Part shown: piece by piece, positions 18,352 to 28,359 of the stretch | Position numbering within the stretch: the first letter of the stretch is position 1 | Layout of the letters: every line of letters starts with the position of its first letter | Virus record (IMG/VR): IMGVR_UViG_3300034158_000007 | Span: 32,001-96,000 of that record | Strand: one strand, 5' to 3' | DNA from: a virus | Length of the DNA stretch: 64,000 nucleotides | Program-made: the position numbers and the translations under genes | Notes under the pieces: generated by a model | Seen by the model: the letters and a program-made list of their open reading frames with translations, nothing else | The model's database searches: none | Told to the model about the DNA's origin: nothing

Positions 18352-19677
18352 ATGAGTATCTTACAAGCTGCACTCGCCGACTCCGGCGTTAGCGTTGAAG
18401 ACTTCCAAGCCATCCCGGTTGAAGCCTCCATCGAAGAACCTCTTTTGCCGATCGATGCTGTTGCAGTTGATCAACCTTCTGTCAGTATCCCACTCACTGA
18501 ATCCGTTGTTGTTGAAGAACCGGGTGATGTTGTTGAAGGCGTGCCGATCATGAAACTCGGTGACACCACCGAACCAGCTATTGACAATGTCAATGCTGAA
18601 CATGATGCCATTCAAGATAAAGCCGATCAGCTGATTGCATTGCAAACCGCAATGGAGCGCTACGAAGGTCTTATCCGTCGCGCAGGCTTTAATGGTATCA
18701 GCAATCAAACTGCTGAAGCCATCCAAGTTCACATCCAGTTGAGTCAGGCTGTCCTTGGGGTCTCTACTAAGATCGGTTCTATGGAATCGTTTACAGCTAA
18801 GGGTCCTGAGCAACAACACGAACTCGCCACTGTAACACTTGAGTCTGTACGTGAGATGGCTCAAAGCGCCGCTAATTCTTTTATCGCCGCTATCGAGAAG
18901 ATCCTTGAGTTCATCAAGCGTCTGGGTATGAACCTATTCGATGGTATCATTCAGACTGAACGAGCAATCGATCAATTGGATCGTGAACTCAAAGCGTCTA
19001 AGGTACTGGGTGTTGAATCCGATACGTATACCGTTCAAGGTTCTGCTGGTATCTTGGTGGGTGAAGACGGTCAACTGGTTAAAGGCGTACCACCTAATGT
19101 GGCCATGCTGGTTCAGTTTACAGTCGTGGACTACCCACAACGTGTTAGCCGCTTCTTCGATGAGGCTGCTAAGATCTTGGCGACTGCTAATAAAGAGTCT
19201 GATGATCTTACCGAGATTCTGGAACGTCTGGACAATGCCACTAAGCCACTCGCTGACATGATCGAGCACAAGTCGGATACCGATGATCTTCCAGGTCATT
19301 ACAGTCTGGATGTATCTGAAGGTGGTCTGTCCTTTGGTCTTAAGCACAATGATTCTAATACCACTTACGCCAAGACTGCTCGTATCGGTACGACCAAAGA
19401 ACTTCGTGACCAAGTGCGTCAGATGAAGTCTGTGGTTGAAGTACTCAAGAAGATCCGCCCAGAAGCTGAGAAGATCTCCACGTCCGGTAAGAAACTTCTG
19501 GCCGCTGCTAAAACCAACGGTAATGAGGAGTTGCTGAATAAAGCTGCTGTCTACATCCATCAAGCTAACCCACGGGTTGGTGAGGTGATTGACTACGTGG
19601 TTAAGTTCCTCAAAGCGCAGTGTGTTGAAATCAAAGCACAGATGACATCCGTTTCTAAACCAGCTGCCAAAGAATAA
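18352..19677 (+). CDS. Internal head protein paralog (phiKZ gp93-97 family)
   Basis: AME, GSMESF and VTLES motifs; IEKILEFIKRL segment like its paralogs. Confidence 0.7.
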   Translation: MSILQAALADSGVSVEDFQAIPVEASIEEPLLPIDAVAVDQPSVSIPLTESVVVEEPGDVVEGVPIMKLGDTTEPAIDNVNAEHDAIQDKADQLIALQTAMERYEGLIRRAGFNGISNQTAEAIQVHIQLSQAVLGVSTKIGSMESFTAKGPEQQHELATVTLESVREMAQSAANSFIAAIEKILEFIKRLGMNLFDGIIQTERAIDQLDRELKASKVLGVESDTYTVQGSAGILVGEDGQLVKGVPPNVAMLVQFTVVDYPQRVSRFFDEAAKILATANKESDDLTEILERLDNATKPLADMIEHKSDTDDLPGHYSLDVSEGGLSFGLKHNDSNTTYAKTARIGTTKELRDQVRQMKSVVEVLKKIRPEAEKISTSGKKLLAAAKTNGNEELLNKAAVYIHQANPRVGEVIDYVVKFLKAQCVEIKAQMTSVSKPAAKE

Positions 19678-19685
19678 CTACTAAC

Positions 19686-19714
19686 GGGGCACTTCGGTGC
19701 TCCGTTTTATTTAG
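19686..19714 (+). terminator. Intrinsic terminator-like hairpin
   Basis: ACGGGGCAC-TTCG-GTGCTCCGT followed by TTTATTT. Confidence 0.7.
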
Positions 19715-19722
19715 GAGGCGTC

Positions 19723-20766
19723 ATGATCGATACACTCGAACAAGACGAAACGATTTACCATAAGCTCACTCAGTTAATAGCCGGGTTGGAGTATTACGAT
19801 AATCCAAAGCATGTTAGTCCTCGTGGATTGTCTCTAAGCCTTGAAGCGGATGATTCAGGTTTTCTCGCTCGACTGATTGATGGGTTGATTAAGTTCTTGA
19901 TTCGAATGATCGAAGACTTGACTGAAGGTTCCACGGCTATCAGCCTTAACCTCAATCGTATCGTCACCCGCGCAGAGAACATTAACACCGCATCCCGTGC
20001 GACTCGACGTGTTAACAAGGATGGGAAGTTTAAGATTGAAACCCGTATTCCTAACCTCTGTGTTAACTTCAAAGTCATCAATGACCCACAACGTATTCTG
20101 ATGTACCTGAAGTCTGTAGACGTAATTGTCCGCAAGTACTTCCGTTATCAAGAAGACGACCTCATGCGGGTAATCCCGATTATCACACGGTTGAATCCGG
20201 GTGGTGTGGGTGACCTTGATCAGTTGATTGCAGTCCTTAATAATGTCAGTCCTTTTGCATTTGCAACCGGTGCAGGCTTTAGTGATGATGGTCCACGTAT
20301 GACCGGTCCTCACCTATTGGGTAATCAACAACTGATCGTAATCAGTAAGACCCCCAATGGTGATCCAGTAGAACGCTTAATAGGTCAGGAGTTTGTACTG
20401 CAACCATCTGACACTGAACCAAAAGCTCCGCCAGAGTTCATCGAGTTTGATGTGTTCGCTCGAACCATAGAACAAAGCATCTTGAGGCAGGTCATCACCA
20501 CCGCCAGTGAGCTGGCTACACGTATCGGTATGCTGGCCCGTATGCGCCGTCATAACCGCGTGAAAGAGATCGTGAGCTTTCTGGAAGTAATCCGTAATGA
20601 CATCATCGCAGGTAAGTACGAGGGTGAGTCGTTACAGAACGCCACAGCGTTTATTCAACTACTTGAAGCTTTCGATAACTGGTTGGTTAATCCCTATTTG
20701 AACCTACTCGCACTGAGCTGCCGCAATATGTCGGCTATCTTGAACGTGTGTGAAGCGAACAACTAA
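19723..20766 (+). CDS. Internal head protein (phiKZ gp96-like)
   Basis: AGGAGG RBS; AGLE and LSLE motifs; LIDGLIKFLIRMI helix. Confidence 0.65.
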   Translation: MIDTLEQDETIYHKLTQLIAGLEYYDNPKHVSPRGLSLSLEADDSGFLARLIDGLIKFLIRMIEDLTEGSTAISLNLNRIVTRAENINTASRATRRVNKDGKFKIETRIPNLCVNFKVINDPQRILMYLKSVDVIVRKYFRYQEDDLMRVIPIITRLNPGGVGDLDQLIAVLNNVSPFAFATGAGFSDDGPRMTGPHLLGNQQLIVISKTPNGDPVERLIGQEFVLQPSDTEPKAPPEFIEFDVFARTIEQSILRQVITTASELATRIGMLARMRRHNRVKEIVSFLEVIRNDIIAGKYEGESLQNATAFIQLLEAFDNWLVNPYLNLLALSCRNMSAILNVCEANN

Positions 20767-20801
20767 CTCGGACTATGCTGACTTATTATCTGATAGTATC
20801 A

Positions 20802-20841
20802 TTCGTCCCGTGGTTAGGTGGAGGACGAACCGTCTAACCAC
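20802..20841 (+). promoter_or_regulatory. Predicted H-type RNA pseudoknot in 5' leader
   Basis: TTCGTCC(20802-08)/GGACGAA(20823-29) and GTGGTTAG(20810-17)/CTAACCAC(20834-41) are perfect interleaved stems. Confidence 0.55.
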
Positions 20842-20869
20842 AAACAGCAATACTAAAAAGGTAAACAAC

Positions 20870-23728
20870 ATGTTGAAATCGAAGAACCTATTCTCTATCG
20901 GTAATGAGGATCATGACGATTCGGCCATCAAAGAACTTGATGAGCAAGGGTCTGTGTCGCACGCAGATTCCGCAGAAGTCGTTGCAGAAGTTACCGTTGG
21001 GGATGACACCGTTGAAGCCGGTGACAATATTGGTCAAGCGACTCCGGTAGCTGAAATTACTCCAGACTCCCATTCCGATATTACCCAAACCCCTACTGAA
21101 GGCGGTGAAGCCTCAGCCGAGATGTCCGAACTGTTGAGTGAAGGCAAACAAGCCCAAGCTACAAAGGACGAGATCGTTGAACAGGCTACTGCTGAATTCA
21201 GTGGTGCAGAAACTGAAGTACCCGACGCCACTCTCGATGAGAACGGCAATGCCCTGACTGAAGAACAAGCCGTGGCTAACGCCGAGGAAGATCAAGTTGA
21301 GGATGATGTAGAAGAAGAGGTTGAGGAAGAAGCCGAAGCTAAGGATATCCATCAAGAAGCTGCTGAAGCAGATGAGAACTCCGACGAAGCTTTGAGCGAC
21401 GCCATTAACGAACCCGAGACCGATGGTGATCTGGGTGAAGATGCTGGCGAGTCTGCTGAGACTTCTCAAGACGGTGACTTTGCCGGTGGCGGGGATGCAA
21501 GTGAGGGTGAAGATGACCAAGGCGACATGGGTATCGACGCTGACCTTAATGATGACACCCCACTAGAGGGTGCCGAAGATGCAGGTGGTAGTGATGGGAC
21601 CGACGATGGCATTGATGATAGTGCTGCTGGGGCTGATACTAGTGGCGAGACTTCTGGTGAAGACGTTAGTGCTGTTGCTGACGAATCCGCAGAAACTACT
21701 ACTGAAGATGAAGCAGGTGGGGAACAAGTTGATAGTACTGATGACGTAGACACCGCTATCACCGATCAGAACGCTGCTGCTGAAGTAACCGATGAAGCTA
21801 CTGGTTCTGCCGACGCTGAGGCTGATGCCGAACTCGCTGGTGATGGTAGTAACATCGAAGGCGAAGAGACCATGCCAGAAGAAACTCCGGTTGAAGAAAC
21901 CGAAGTAATCGATGGCCCTAAGGTAGACAAGTACGGTGATGTTGAAACCACCGAAGAACAAGTTGCCGAAGCTGGTCCTGAAGCTGTAGTTGCCGACGAC
22001 GTAGAAGTGGACGAAGCAGAAGTAGCTGAGTTGGAAGACGATACTCCTCTGGAGGGTGCTACTGCCCCACTGGATGTAGAAGTTGAACCTGCCTTGCTGC
22101 CAACTGAACGTGATCTTCCGGGTGAGAACCCAAGTGGCGCAACCGTAGAAGAATCCATTACCGATCAAACTGCCGAAGACCTGCAAGATGGGGTTGATGC
22201 TGTAGCCGATGCTACCACTGATGTAATGGAAGATTCTGGCGAAGCTGATGATGCCGCTCCGCTCGAAGAACCATTGGCCGAGGGCGTTGATGATGCTGGT
22301 CAAGGTCAACCTGATGCAATCGTATCGGAGCCTGATCAAGAAAACGTTGATGACACCGCTAACGTCGAAGCTGCTATTGATCCAGAACCATCTACTAGCA
22401 TTGACGGCTCTCAACCAGAGGGTCCTGATGTTGAAGCTGGTGAGGTCGTAGTTGAAGACGATACTGAAGCTAACTTTGAAGAAGGTGAAGTGGATGTAAA
22501 AGACGTTGACATGGATACTACCGATGAAGAAGTCGAAGAAGCCATGAACGACGCAGCGGTAATTGGTGAGTGGGGCGATAAGGAAGAGAAAGAAGCCGAG
22601 CTTGCTGACAAAACGATTGAAGAACTCCAGAAGGAAAAGGAATCCCTTGAGAAGTTCCGCGTACTGTTGGAAGACGGTATCGCAAACGAATCGTACAACG
22701 CTGGTCTGTTGGCGTACATGAATGCCGAGATGGAACCACTGCGTAAGAAACTGGCTAAGTTAGATAGCGCGTTCGGTATCACCACTCCAGATAAAGTTTC
22801 GGTTGAATCGTTTGGTCGTGATACTGACCTGGCATACGTGGCCACTTTGGAATCGTTCCGTGGGATGATCTCCCGTGTGACTACCATGTCTACCGGTATC
22901 GCTCACCGCATCGAGAAATGGTGGTCCCGTAGCTTGGTTGATAAAGTGACATCCCGTGCTGACGCTCTGGATAAACAAATCGACCTCCGTCTGGTAGAAC
23001 TCAGTAAGTCTGGTTATACCACCAGTGAAGTGAAAGGCGTACGTGGCTATCTGGCAACCAGTGATACCAATCTGGTTAAAGCTGTAGCTTCTGACCTCAA
23101 CGTCACTACCGACATCGCCATCAAAGGCGTCAAGGCGTCTGAACAACTTCAGGCTACCGTGATCAAAGCCGTGAACGATATCATCTCCGCTGGTAACCCA
23201 GATGAGATTGGTAAAGCTCTCGACGGTTTGGCTGCTCTGAAGAACACCAAGACTAGCTTCCCTAACGCTGCCTTTGATAAAGGTTTGCTGGGTGGTTGGA
23301 AACTGGAGATCCGTGAGGGCTCGGGTAGTGATCGCGCTGAGAAGATTGAAGCTCTGGGTCATACCGGTATTCCAGTCGGTGTTAAGGCTAAGGTGGCAGA
23401 TGAAAGCTCGTCATTCAATCTGTCCAAAGGTGATATCGCTAACCTGTTGAAGATGGCTAAGACTTACGTAGGGGTTGCACGTAAGCTGGCTAACACTACA
23501 GGCGATCGTGCTATTGGCCTGACTACCAAAGTGCGTACCACTCGTACTCGTGCCCTGCCAATTACTGCTGACACTCGTGTCCGTGGCGATGAACACGGTG
23601 TTGATGCTGCTGCTACCGCAATGAAACTGCTTGCTCAGTCCCATTTGGATCTGTACAAGTTTATCACTAAGCACTGCGTTGAAGTTGCTGACGCATTGTG
23701 TGGTGTTGCGGCAAAAGCCATTAAGTAA
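20870..23728 (+). CDS. Internal head protein with very long acidic propeptide (phiKZ gp97-like)
   Basis: ATG 20870 after AAGGT. About 600 aa are D/E/A/G-rich, followed by ESLE, VSVESF and ATLESF and a globular C-terminal domain. Confidence 0.7.
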   Translation: MLKSKNLFSIGNEDHDDSAIKELDEQGSVSHADSAEVVAEVTVGDDTVEAGDNIGQATPVAEITPDSHSDITQTPTEGGEASAEMSELLSEGKQAQATKDEIVEQATAEFSGAETEVPDATLDENGNALTEEQAVANAEEDQVEDDVEEEVEEEAEAKDIHQEAAEADENSDEALSDAINEPETDGDLGEDAGESAETSQDGDFAGGGDASEGEDDQGDMGIDADLNDDTPLEGAEDAGGSDGTDDGIDDSAAGADTSGETSGEDVSAVADESAETTTEDEAGGEQVDSTDDVDTAITDQNAAAEVTDEATGSADAEADAELAGDGSNIEGEETMPEETPVEETEVIDGPKVDKYGDVETTEEQVAEAGPEAVVADDVEVDEAEVAELEDDTPLEGATAPLDVEVEPALLPTERDLPGENPSGATVEESITDQTAEDLQDGVDAVADATTDVMEDSGEADDAAPLEEPLAEGVDDAGQGQPDAIVSEPDQENVDDTANVEAAIDPEPSTSIDGSQPEGPDVEAGEVVVEDDTEANFEEGEVDVKDVDMDTTDEEVEEAMNDAAVIGEWGDKEEKEAELADKTIEELQKEKESLEKFRVLLEDGIANESYNAGLLAYMNAEMEPLRKKLAKLDSAFGITTPDKVSVESFGRDTDLAYVATLESFRGMISRVTTMSTGIAHRIEKWWSRSLVDKVTSRADALDKQIDLRLVELSKSGYTTSEVKGVRGYLATSDTNLVKAVASDLNVTTDIAIKGVKASEQLQATVIKAVNDIISAGNPDEIGKALDGLAALKNTKTSFPNAAFDKGLLGGWKLEIREGSGSDRAEKIEALGHTGIPVGVKAKVADESSSFNLSKGDIANLLKMAKTYVGVARKLANTTGDRAIGLTTKVRTTRTRALPITADTRVRGDEHGVDAAATAMKLLAQSHLDLYKFITKHCVEVADALCGVAAKAIK

Positions 23729-23735
23729 ACATACT

Positions 23736-23755
23736 GCTCCTCCGCAAGGAGGGGC
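23736..23755. terminator. Hairpin of repeated family
   Basis: CATACT-GCTCCTCC-GCAA-GGAGGGGC-TTTATG. Confidence 0.75.
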
Positions 23756-23793
23756 TTTATGCCGGATCTTATGATCTTTTAATGAGGTGTAAA

Positions 23794-24660
23794 ATGATAG
23801 ACTTACTATTAGTTTCATTAGCTAAGGTGGTTATTTCTCCAGTAGAGACTTTACCAGTGCCGTTAAATCCAGCAGATTGGGGTAGTTCCGTTGGCATTGT
23901 TACTGACGATCTAGGTGAAAATATTTATTTCGCCGGGGGTAACACGGTTGCTGCCAGTGCTAATCGTCGCGTAATGAGTTACAATATCGCAAGTAAGCTA
24001 TACACCGAATATCCACCATTACCGGGTACAGTTACCCCGACAAACTATTTCCAAATATGGTGTAAGTCCGGCACTATCTACATTAACCGTAGCGGAGCAA
24101 TGTATCGACTTAACTCGGGTGAGTCGGCCTGGACAAAATTGGCGAACCCAAGTAATCCGAATAACATGCCATCCTACGGGGGAGCCACGCTGGTTTATAA
24201 TGGTCGACTTTTATGTTACGGGTTGCTTAACGCACCAGACTATTTAAACGCCATATGTGAATACATTCCAGAAAGCAATAGTTTTGTTAGAGTGGGGATA
24301 AACCCTTTAAAACCTATCATGACTTATACTGGTCTTGGTAGGTTGGGTACGAAATTCTACATGATTAACAACACCAACCATCTCGATGTTTACGATATTG
24401 TAACTAATACCTGGTCGGTAACAGCTAATATACCTGTAACGTATTACACCCGCGCGCTTGTCGCGTATGATGATAGAGTTGTACTATTCGGCGGGAACAC
24501 ATCCACCTTTGAGCTTACTTATTCTTATATTCCAACCACTGGTCAATTTAAACCTTTACCACCTTTAAGGTTAAGTGACTCAAACAGTCTGTTTGTCAGT
24601 GCCGGTGAATATGCTTATTCGCTTCAGCCAGGCGGTAAACTAATAAGTTATAAACTCTAA
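23794..24660 (+). CDS. Kelch-repeat beta-propeller protein, probable virion accessory
   Basis: Repeats IYFAGG, LLCYG, VVLFGG with Y...W spacing. Start MIDLLL after GAGGT. Visibly AT-richer than its neighbours. Confidence 0.7.
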   Translation: MIDLLLVSLAKVVISPVETLPVPLNPADWGSSVGIVTDDLGENIYFAGGNTVAASANRRVMSYNIASKLYTEYPPLPGTVTPTNYFQIWCKSGTIYINRSGAMYRLNSGESAWTKLANPSNPNNMPSYGGATLVYNGRLLCYGLLNAPDYLNAICEYIPESNSFVRVGINPLKPIMTYTGLGRLGTKFYMINNTNHLDVYDIVTNTWSVTANIPVTYYTRALVAYDDRVVLFGGNTSTFELTYSYIPTTGQFKPLPPLRLSDSNSLFVSAGEYAYSLQPGGKLISYKL

Positions 24661-24674
24661 TAGAGGACACTACA

Positions 24675-26342
24675 ATGCCTTCTTCAGTTATCCCACTACC
24701 AGACGTCTACGAAACTATCGTCCGTGCTGTTAGTGTTAGTGCTGTAAGTCAATTGGTTCAGTTCATGGGATTACCCGGAACCACAACCGCTTATTTCCCC
24801 GGTCGGTCTGAAACCGTACCAATGAATGATGGTATCTTTGGTAACTGTTGTGAGTCAGCTGATGCTGTTCACTTTGACCCAGAAGAACGCATCGAGGTTA
24901 CCTACGACGAAATAGCTGAAGAGAACTTCACTCTATCAACGTCGGTTAAGAACAATGAGAACTCCCCAATCTTCGTAGACGATGTCCGTGGTATTGTCGT
25001 TCGTCCAGTACGTCGTTTCGTGGACTTCCGTATCGATATTCGTTATCAGGCCCCTAACGTTGTTATTGCACAGCGGTGGTTGGATAGCATGCGTATCCGT
25101 TACTGTGAAGGCGTGGGGGATATCACACTGGCATTGGACTACCACTACAACATCCCAACTGCATTGATGGCGCTGTTTCGTGGATTGTACGATACCCAGC
25201 AGAAAACACCGTGGCCTAGTGATAAAGACTTTGATGGTTGGCTCAAAGAACGTTTCGTTCAACCGACCACCGAGATGGTTACCTACAACGGTACACACCC
25301 GATCCTGACGGTGTACGAACGCCAAGTGGATGTGGTGGGTCACTTTGACTTTATCAACACCCCAGAGACACCACAGCCGGTTTCAGATAAGGCTGGTGCC
25401 TATGAGGTAACCTTCAGTTATATCTGTCGGTATGATCGACCTACCCACGTTTACGTACAGTACCCGATGCTGGTTCATCAATGCCCTATCCCTAAGATCT
25501 TCCGTCCTGAGTATGTACTCTGGCAGAACTATCAACAAGTAGATCGTAAGACTACTGGTTTGCGGGGATCATTGGAACATGCGTTTATTCTGGCACAGCG
25601 ACGAGGTGTACCTTACGTCCAGTATCCAGATACGGATGACTTCGTGGCTAATGAGGAATTCCCAGATCAACTAACGTTCTTCACCGGGTTGCTTTCATTG
25701 GACTGCGATGACTTACGTTACATCATGGACTTCAAGTCCTTAGGTAAGTTTACCTTCAACCCATACTTCCTAGAGTTCTTTGAAACTGTAGGTACCGAAG
25801 CTTTCGACTTCAATGGTTTCTTCGATGTTCGACTTTACCGTAACGGTGAACGTATAACTGTACCGATGACCATGGAACCGGGAACGCTTAAGTTAATGGC
25901 TACCCATGAACTAGACCCGCACTACGTTTATCACATTCAGATAGCTGTGCGCGGTAACTGGTTGGCAATCCCTGGCCCTAAGTGGCAAGGTATCCGTCGT
26001 TACCCTCATGTGGTCTGGATGCTGTGTGCATTGTTCGGTGTGTGTAAAGGTCGTGAAGCTTTCGATAAGATGGATCTGATCGGTAAGGGTCGCCCTCGAG
26101 CAGAGGACCCTAAGTGGCCGGGTGAAGGTACTACTAAATGGACTAGTGATCTTGAGGATGTGTGTAAGACAGGTTATGTACGTATGTCTGACATCAACTG
26201 TGCTAAGGTTCAAAGGGGTGAGACTATCCCAGATGAAACCAGTCCAGGTGGCGGCGGCGGGGGTATGACCGGTCGTGATCTTTATGGTCCAACCAACGTA
26301 TTAATGATGGGCCTTATTTCTGATAAGCGTCCAACCAAGTAA
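24675..26342 (+). CDS. Virion structural protein (phiKZ gp98-like)
   Basis: 555-aa ORF, GAGGA RBS, synteny. Confidence 0.6.
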   Translation: MPSSVIPLPDVYETIVRAVSVSAVSQLVQFMGLPGTTTAYFPGRSETVPMNDGIFGNCCESADAVHFDPEERIEVTYDEIAEENFTLSTSVKNNENSPIFVDDVRGIVVRPVRRFVDFRIDIRYQAPNVVIAQRWLDSMRIRYCEGVGDITLALDYHYNIPTALMALFRGLYDTQQKTPWPSDKDFDGWLKERFVQPTTEMVTYNGTHPILTVYERQVDVVGHFDFINTPETPQPVSDKAGAYEVTFSYICRYDRPTHVYVQYPMLVHQCPIPKIFRPEYVLWQNYQQVDRKTTGLRGSLEHAFILAQRRGVPYVQYPDTDDFVANEEFPDQLTFFTGLLSLDCDDLRYIMDFKSLGKFTFNPYFLEFFETVGTEAFDFNGFFDVRLYRNGERITVPMTMEPGTLKLMATHELDPHYVYHIQIAVRGNWLAIPGPKWQGIRRYPHVVWMLCALFGVCKGREAFDKMDLIGKGRPRAEDPKWPGEGTTKWTSDLEDVCKTGYVRMSDINCAKVQRGETIPDETSPGGGGGGMTGRDLYGPTNVLMMGLISDKRPTK

Positions 26343-26354
26343 GAGGAAAGCGTC

Positions 26355-27767
26355 ATGCCTTTGTATGAAGACGAAGAAGACATCCCGGTAAGTCCCGAGG
26401 TTAACCCCGTCAATGTTAAAGCTTATCCTGCGGCTTATCGGGGTATTGCTATTGATACACGGTACGCCCCTAAGTCCAGCATGCTGGCATGGATCAATGG
26501 TTCTAACTGGCGAGTAACCTATTTCTCCCAGATCCTTGAGCCTACACAAGAGCCAACGCCATTGGCATTGGATCGCACACCACCTTATCAACAGTACCAA
26601 CGTATTAACGGTATTGACATTAAGGTTAACCAACCACTAGATATTTCCCAAGACGAACGTATCCGTACGTTCAGTGTTACGGGGGCAGGCCACACTTACC
26701 CAGCACTGACGCCTAACCAAGGCGACATGATGATCGGTGACATTGGTGATGGTCGGGCAGGTCTGTTTACAATTACCAGTGCCCGTCGTGAAACGTATAT
26801 GCGTGACTCGACCTACGCTGTTGAATGGAAGATGGTTGGGTTCCTGTCTGCGCAACAAATGGCGGACTTGGAACAGAAGACACAGATCACTTACTTCTGG
26901 GATGCCAACAAACTGGCTAGCGGTTGTAACCCATATGTGACCGAAGTAGAGCAAGCGGCTAATAAAGAGTTTGCTATTACTAAGGAAGAGATCATCCGTC
27001 GTTACATCAGTGACTTCTATTCCCGTCAGTACTACACCTTCATGGTTCCTGACCAACTGGAATATACGTACGACCATTTCGTAGCTAAGTTGCTGCTCGA
27101 TATTCTTGATACTTCACGTAGCTGGGATTTGAGACGCTCTAAGATTCTGAACGTGATGTCCGAACCGGTGATGTCCCAACCCACAATGTGGAATATGTTG
27201 GTTAACCAGAATCCAAGTATTGGATGTGGTGCCACTGAACGGGCACACCTGGTAATGACCATGATCTCACGGTGGAAACCAGAACTCCAAGCGATCGGCT
27301 ACTCCGGTATCCCGCGTATGGTGTTCCCTATTGATGCTCCGACTAACATCGACGCTCAGTATAAAGGTTACAACCGTGCGATGCCTGAAGGTATCCCCTT
27401 CCGTCCAGGACAACCACGTCGTCCAGCTCCTGGCCCTTATAAGAGTCAGGAAGAACGTAATGAGCCTTGGTTCCGTCGTGTAGCTCCAGAAGACCAACAT
27501 GACCTCCAGCAAGCTTGGAAGTATCCGCCTGACATTAAACCTGTTGTTTGCGATGATTACTACGTGTTCTCAGAAGCTTTCTATTACGAAGACGCTAAGC
27601 TCCAGTCTAAGTTGGAAATGCTTGCATGGCAGATGATCAAAGGCGAACCCCTCAACAAAGAACAACTGTTGGCCGTTATTAAGTGTTGCCTTTCGTGGGA
27701 TAACCTCGAACGGTTCTACTACCACCCCGTGCTGATCATGATGCTGGGGTATGCCATAAGGAACTGA
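26355..27767 (+). CDS. Virion structural protein (phiKZ gp99-like)
   Basis: 470-aa ORF, GAGGA RBS; GDMMIGDIGDGRAGLFTI beta motif; synteny. Confidence 0.6.
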   Translation: MPLYEDEEDIPVSPEVNPVNVKAYPAAYRGIAIDTRYAPKSSMLAWINGSNWRVTYFSQILEPTQEPTPLALDRTPPYQQYQRINGIDIKVNQPLDISQDERIRTFSVTGAGHTYPALTPNQGDMMIGDIGDGRAGLFTITSARRETYMRDSTYAVEWKMVGFLSAQQMADLEQKTQITYFWDANKLASGCNPYVTEVEQAANKEFAITKEEIIRRYISDFYSRQYYTFMVPDQLEYTYDHFVAKLLLDILDTSRSWDLRRSKILNVMSEPVMSQPTMWNMLVNQNPSIGCGATERAHLVMTMISRWKPELQAIGYSGIPRMVFPIDAPTNIDAQYKGYNRAMPEGIPFRPGQPRRPAPGPYKSQEERNEPWFRRVAPEDQHDLQQAWKYPPDIKPVVCDDYYVFSEAFYYEDAKLQSKLEMLAWQMIKGEPLNKEQLLAVIKCCLSWDNLERFYYHPVLIMMLGYAIRN

Positions 27768-27768
27768 T

Positions 27769-28359
27769 ATGTCTGCACCAATCGTACTGTGTAAACGCTA
27801 CACGCCCGCATGGCGGTTATTCCATCTGCAATACAAAGTAATGGCCACCAACTTGGTTGAGGTAATGACCGAGTATCTTGCTACCGGCAAAGCTGTAATG
27901 AACGTAACCGGTAACAAGACCGTTGATACTTTGGCGGGTGGCCGTATGGAATACAAGAACATGACGGCTGCCGCCATGGCTATGAACATGGCCGAGGGTC
28001 ACCCCATCGCTATCACGCAATTGAAAGACTGCGTGCAGATGTATGCGGATATCCAAGACCATCTACATGATCACTTCCAAGCAGCTAAGGTAGCGTTGCA
28101 CATTGATGAAGTGCCACCTATCGAAGACCTGCGTTCTTTTGAAGCCTTGGCTTTGGAAGTCTATCGGACCGCCAAGAAACTAGAGCCTCGACCAGAGGTT
28201 CAGAGTAGCATCTTTGATAATCTGGTCGAGATGTCTAGACGCCGTAACCTCATGGCTACTAACCGTAGTCTACGGGCTATGGATGAACGTGACGGAAACC
28301 TTAAACCATACGTGTCGATCGTTGATGACATCGAGCGTCATATAGCGGAGCTTTATTAA
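27769..28359 (+). CDS. Hypothetical conserved protein (phiKZ gp100-like)
   Basis: 196-aa ORF coupled to both neighbours. Confidence 0.6.
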   Translation: MSAPIVLCKRYTPAWRLFHLQYKVMATNLVEVMTEYLATGKAVMNVTGNKTVDTLAGGRMEYKNMTAAAMAMNMAEGHPIAITQLKDCVQMYADIQDHLHDHFQAAKVALHIDEVPPIEDLRSFEALALEVYRTAKKLEPRPEVQSSIFDNLVEMSRRRNLMATNRSLRAMDERDGNLKPYVSIVDDIERHIAELY

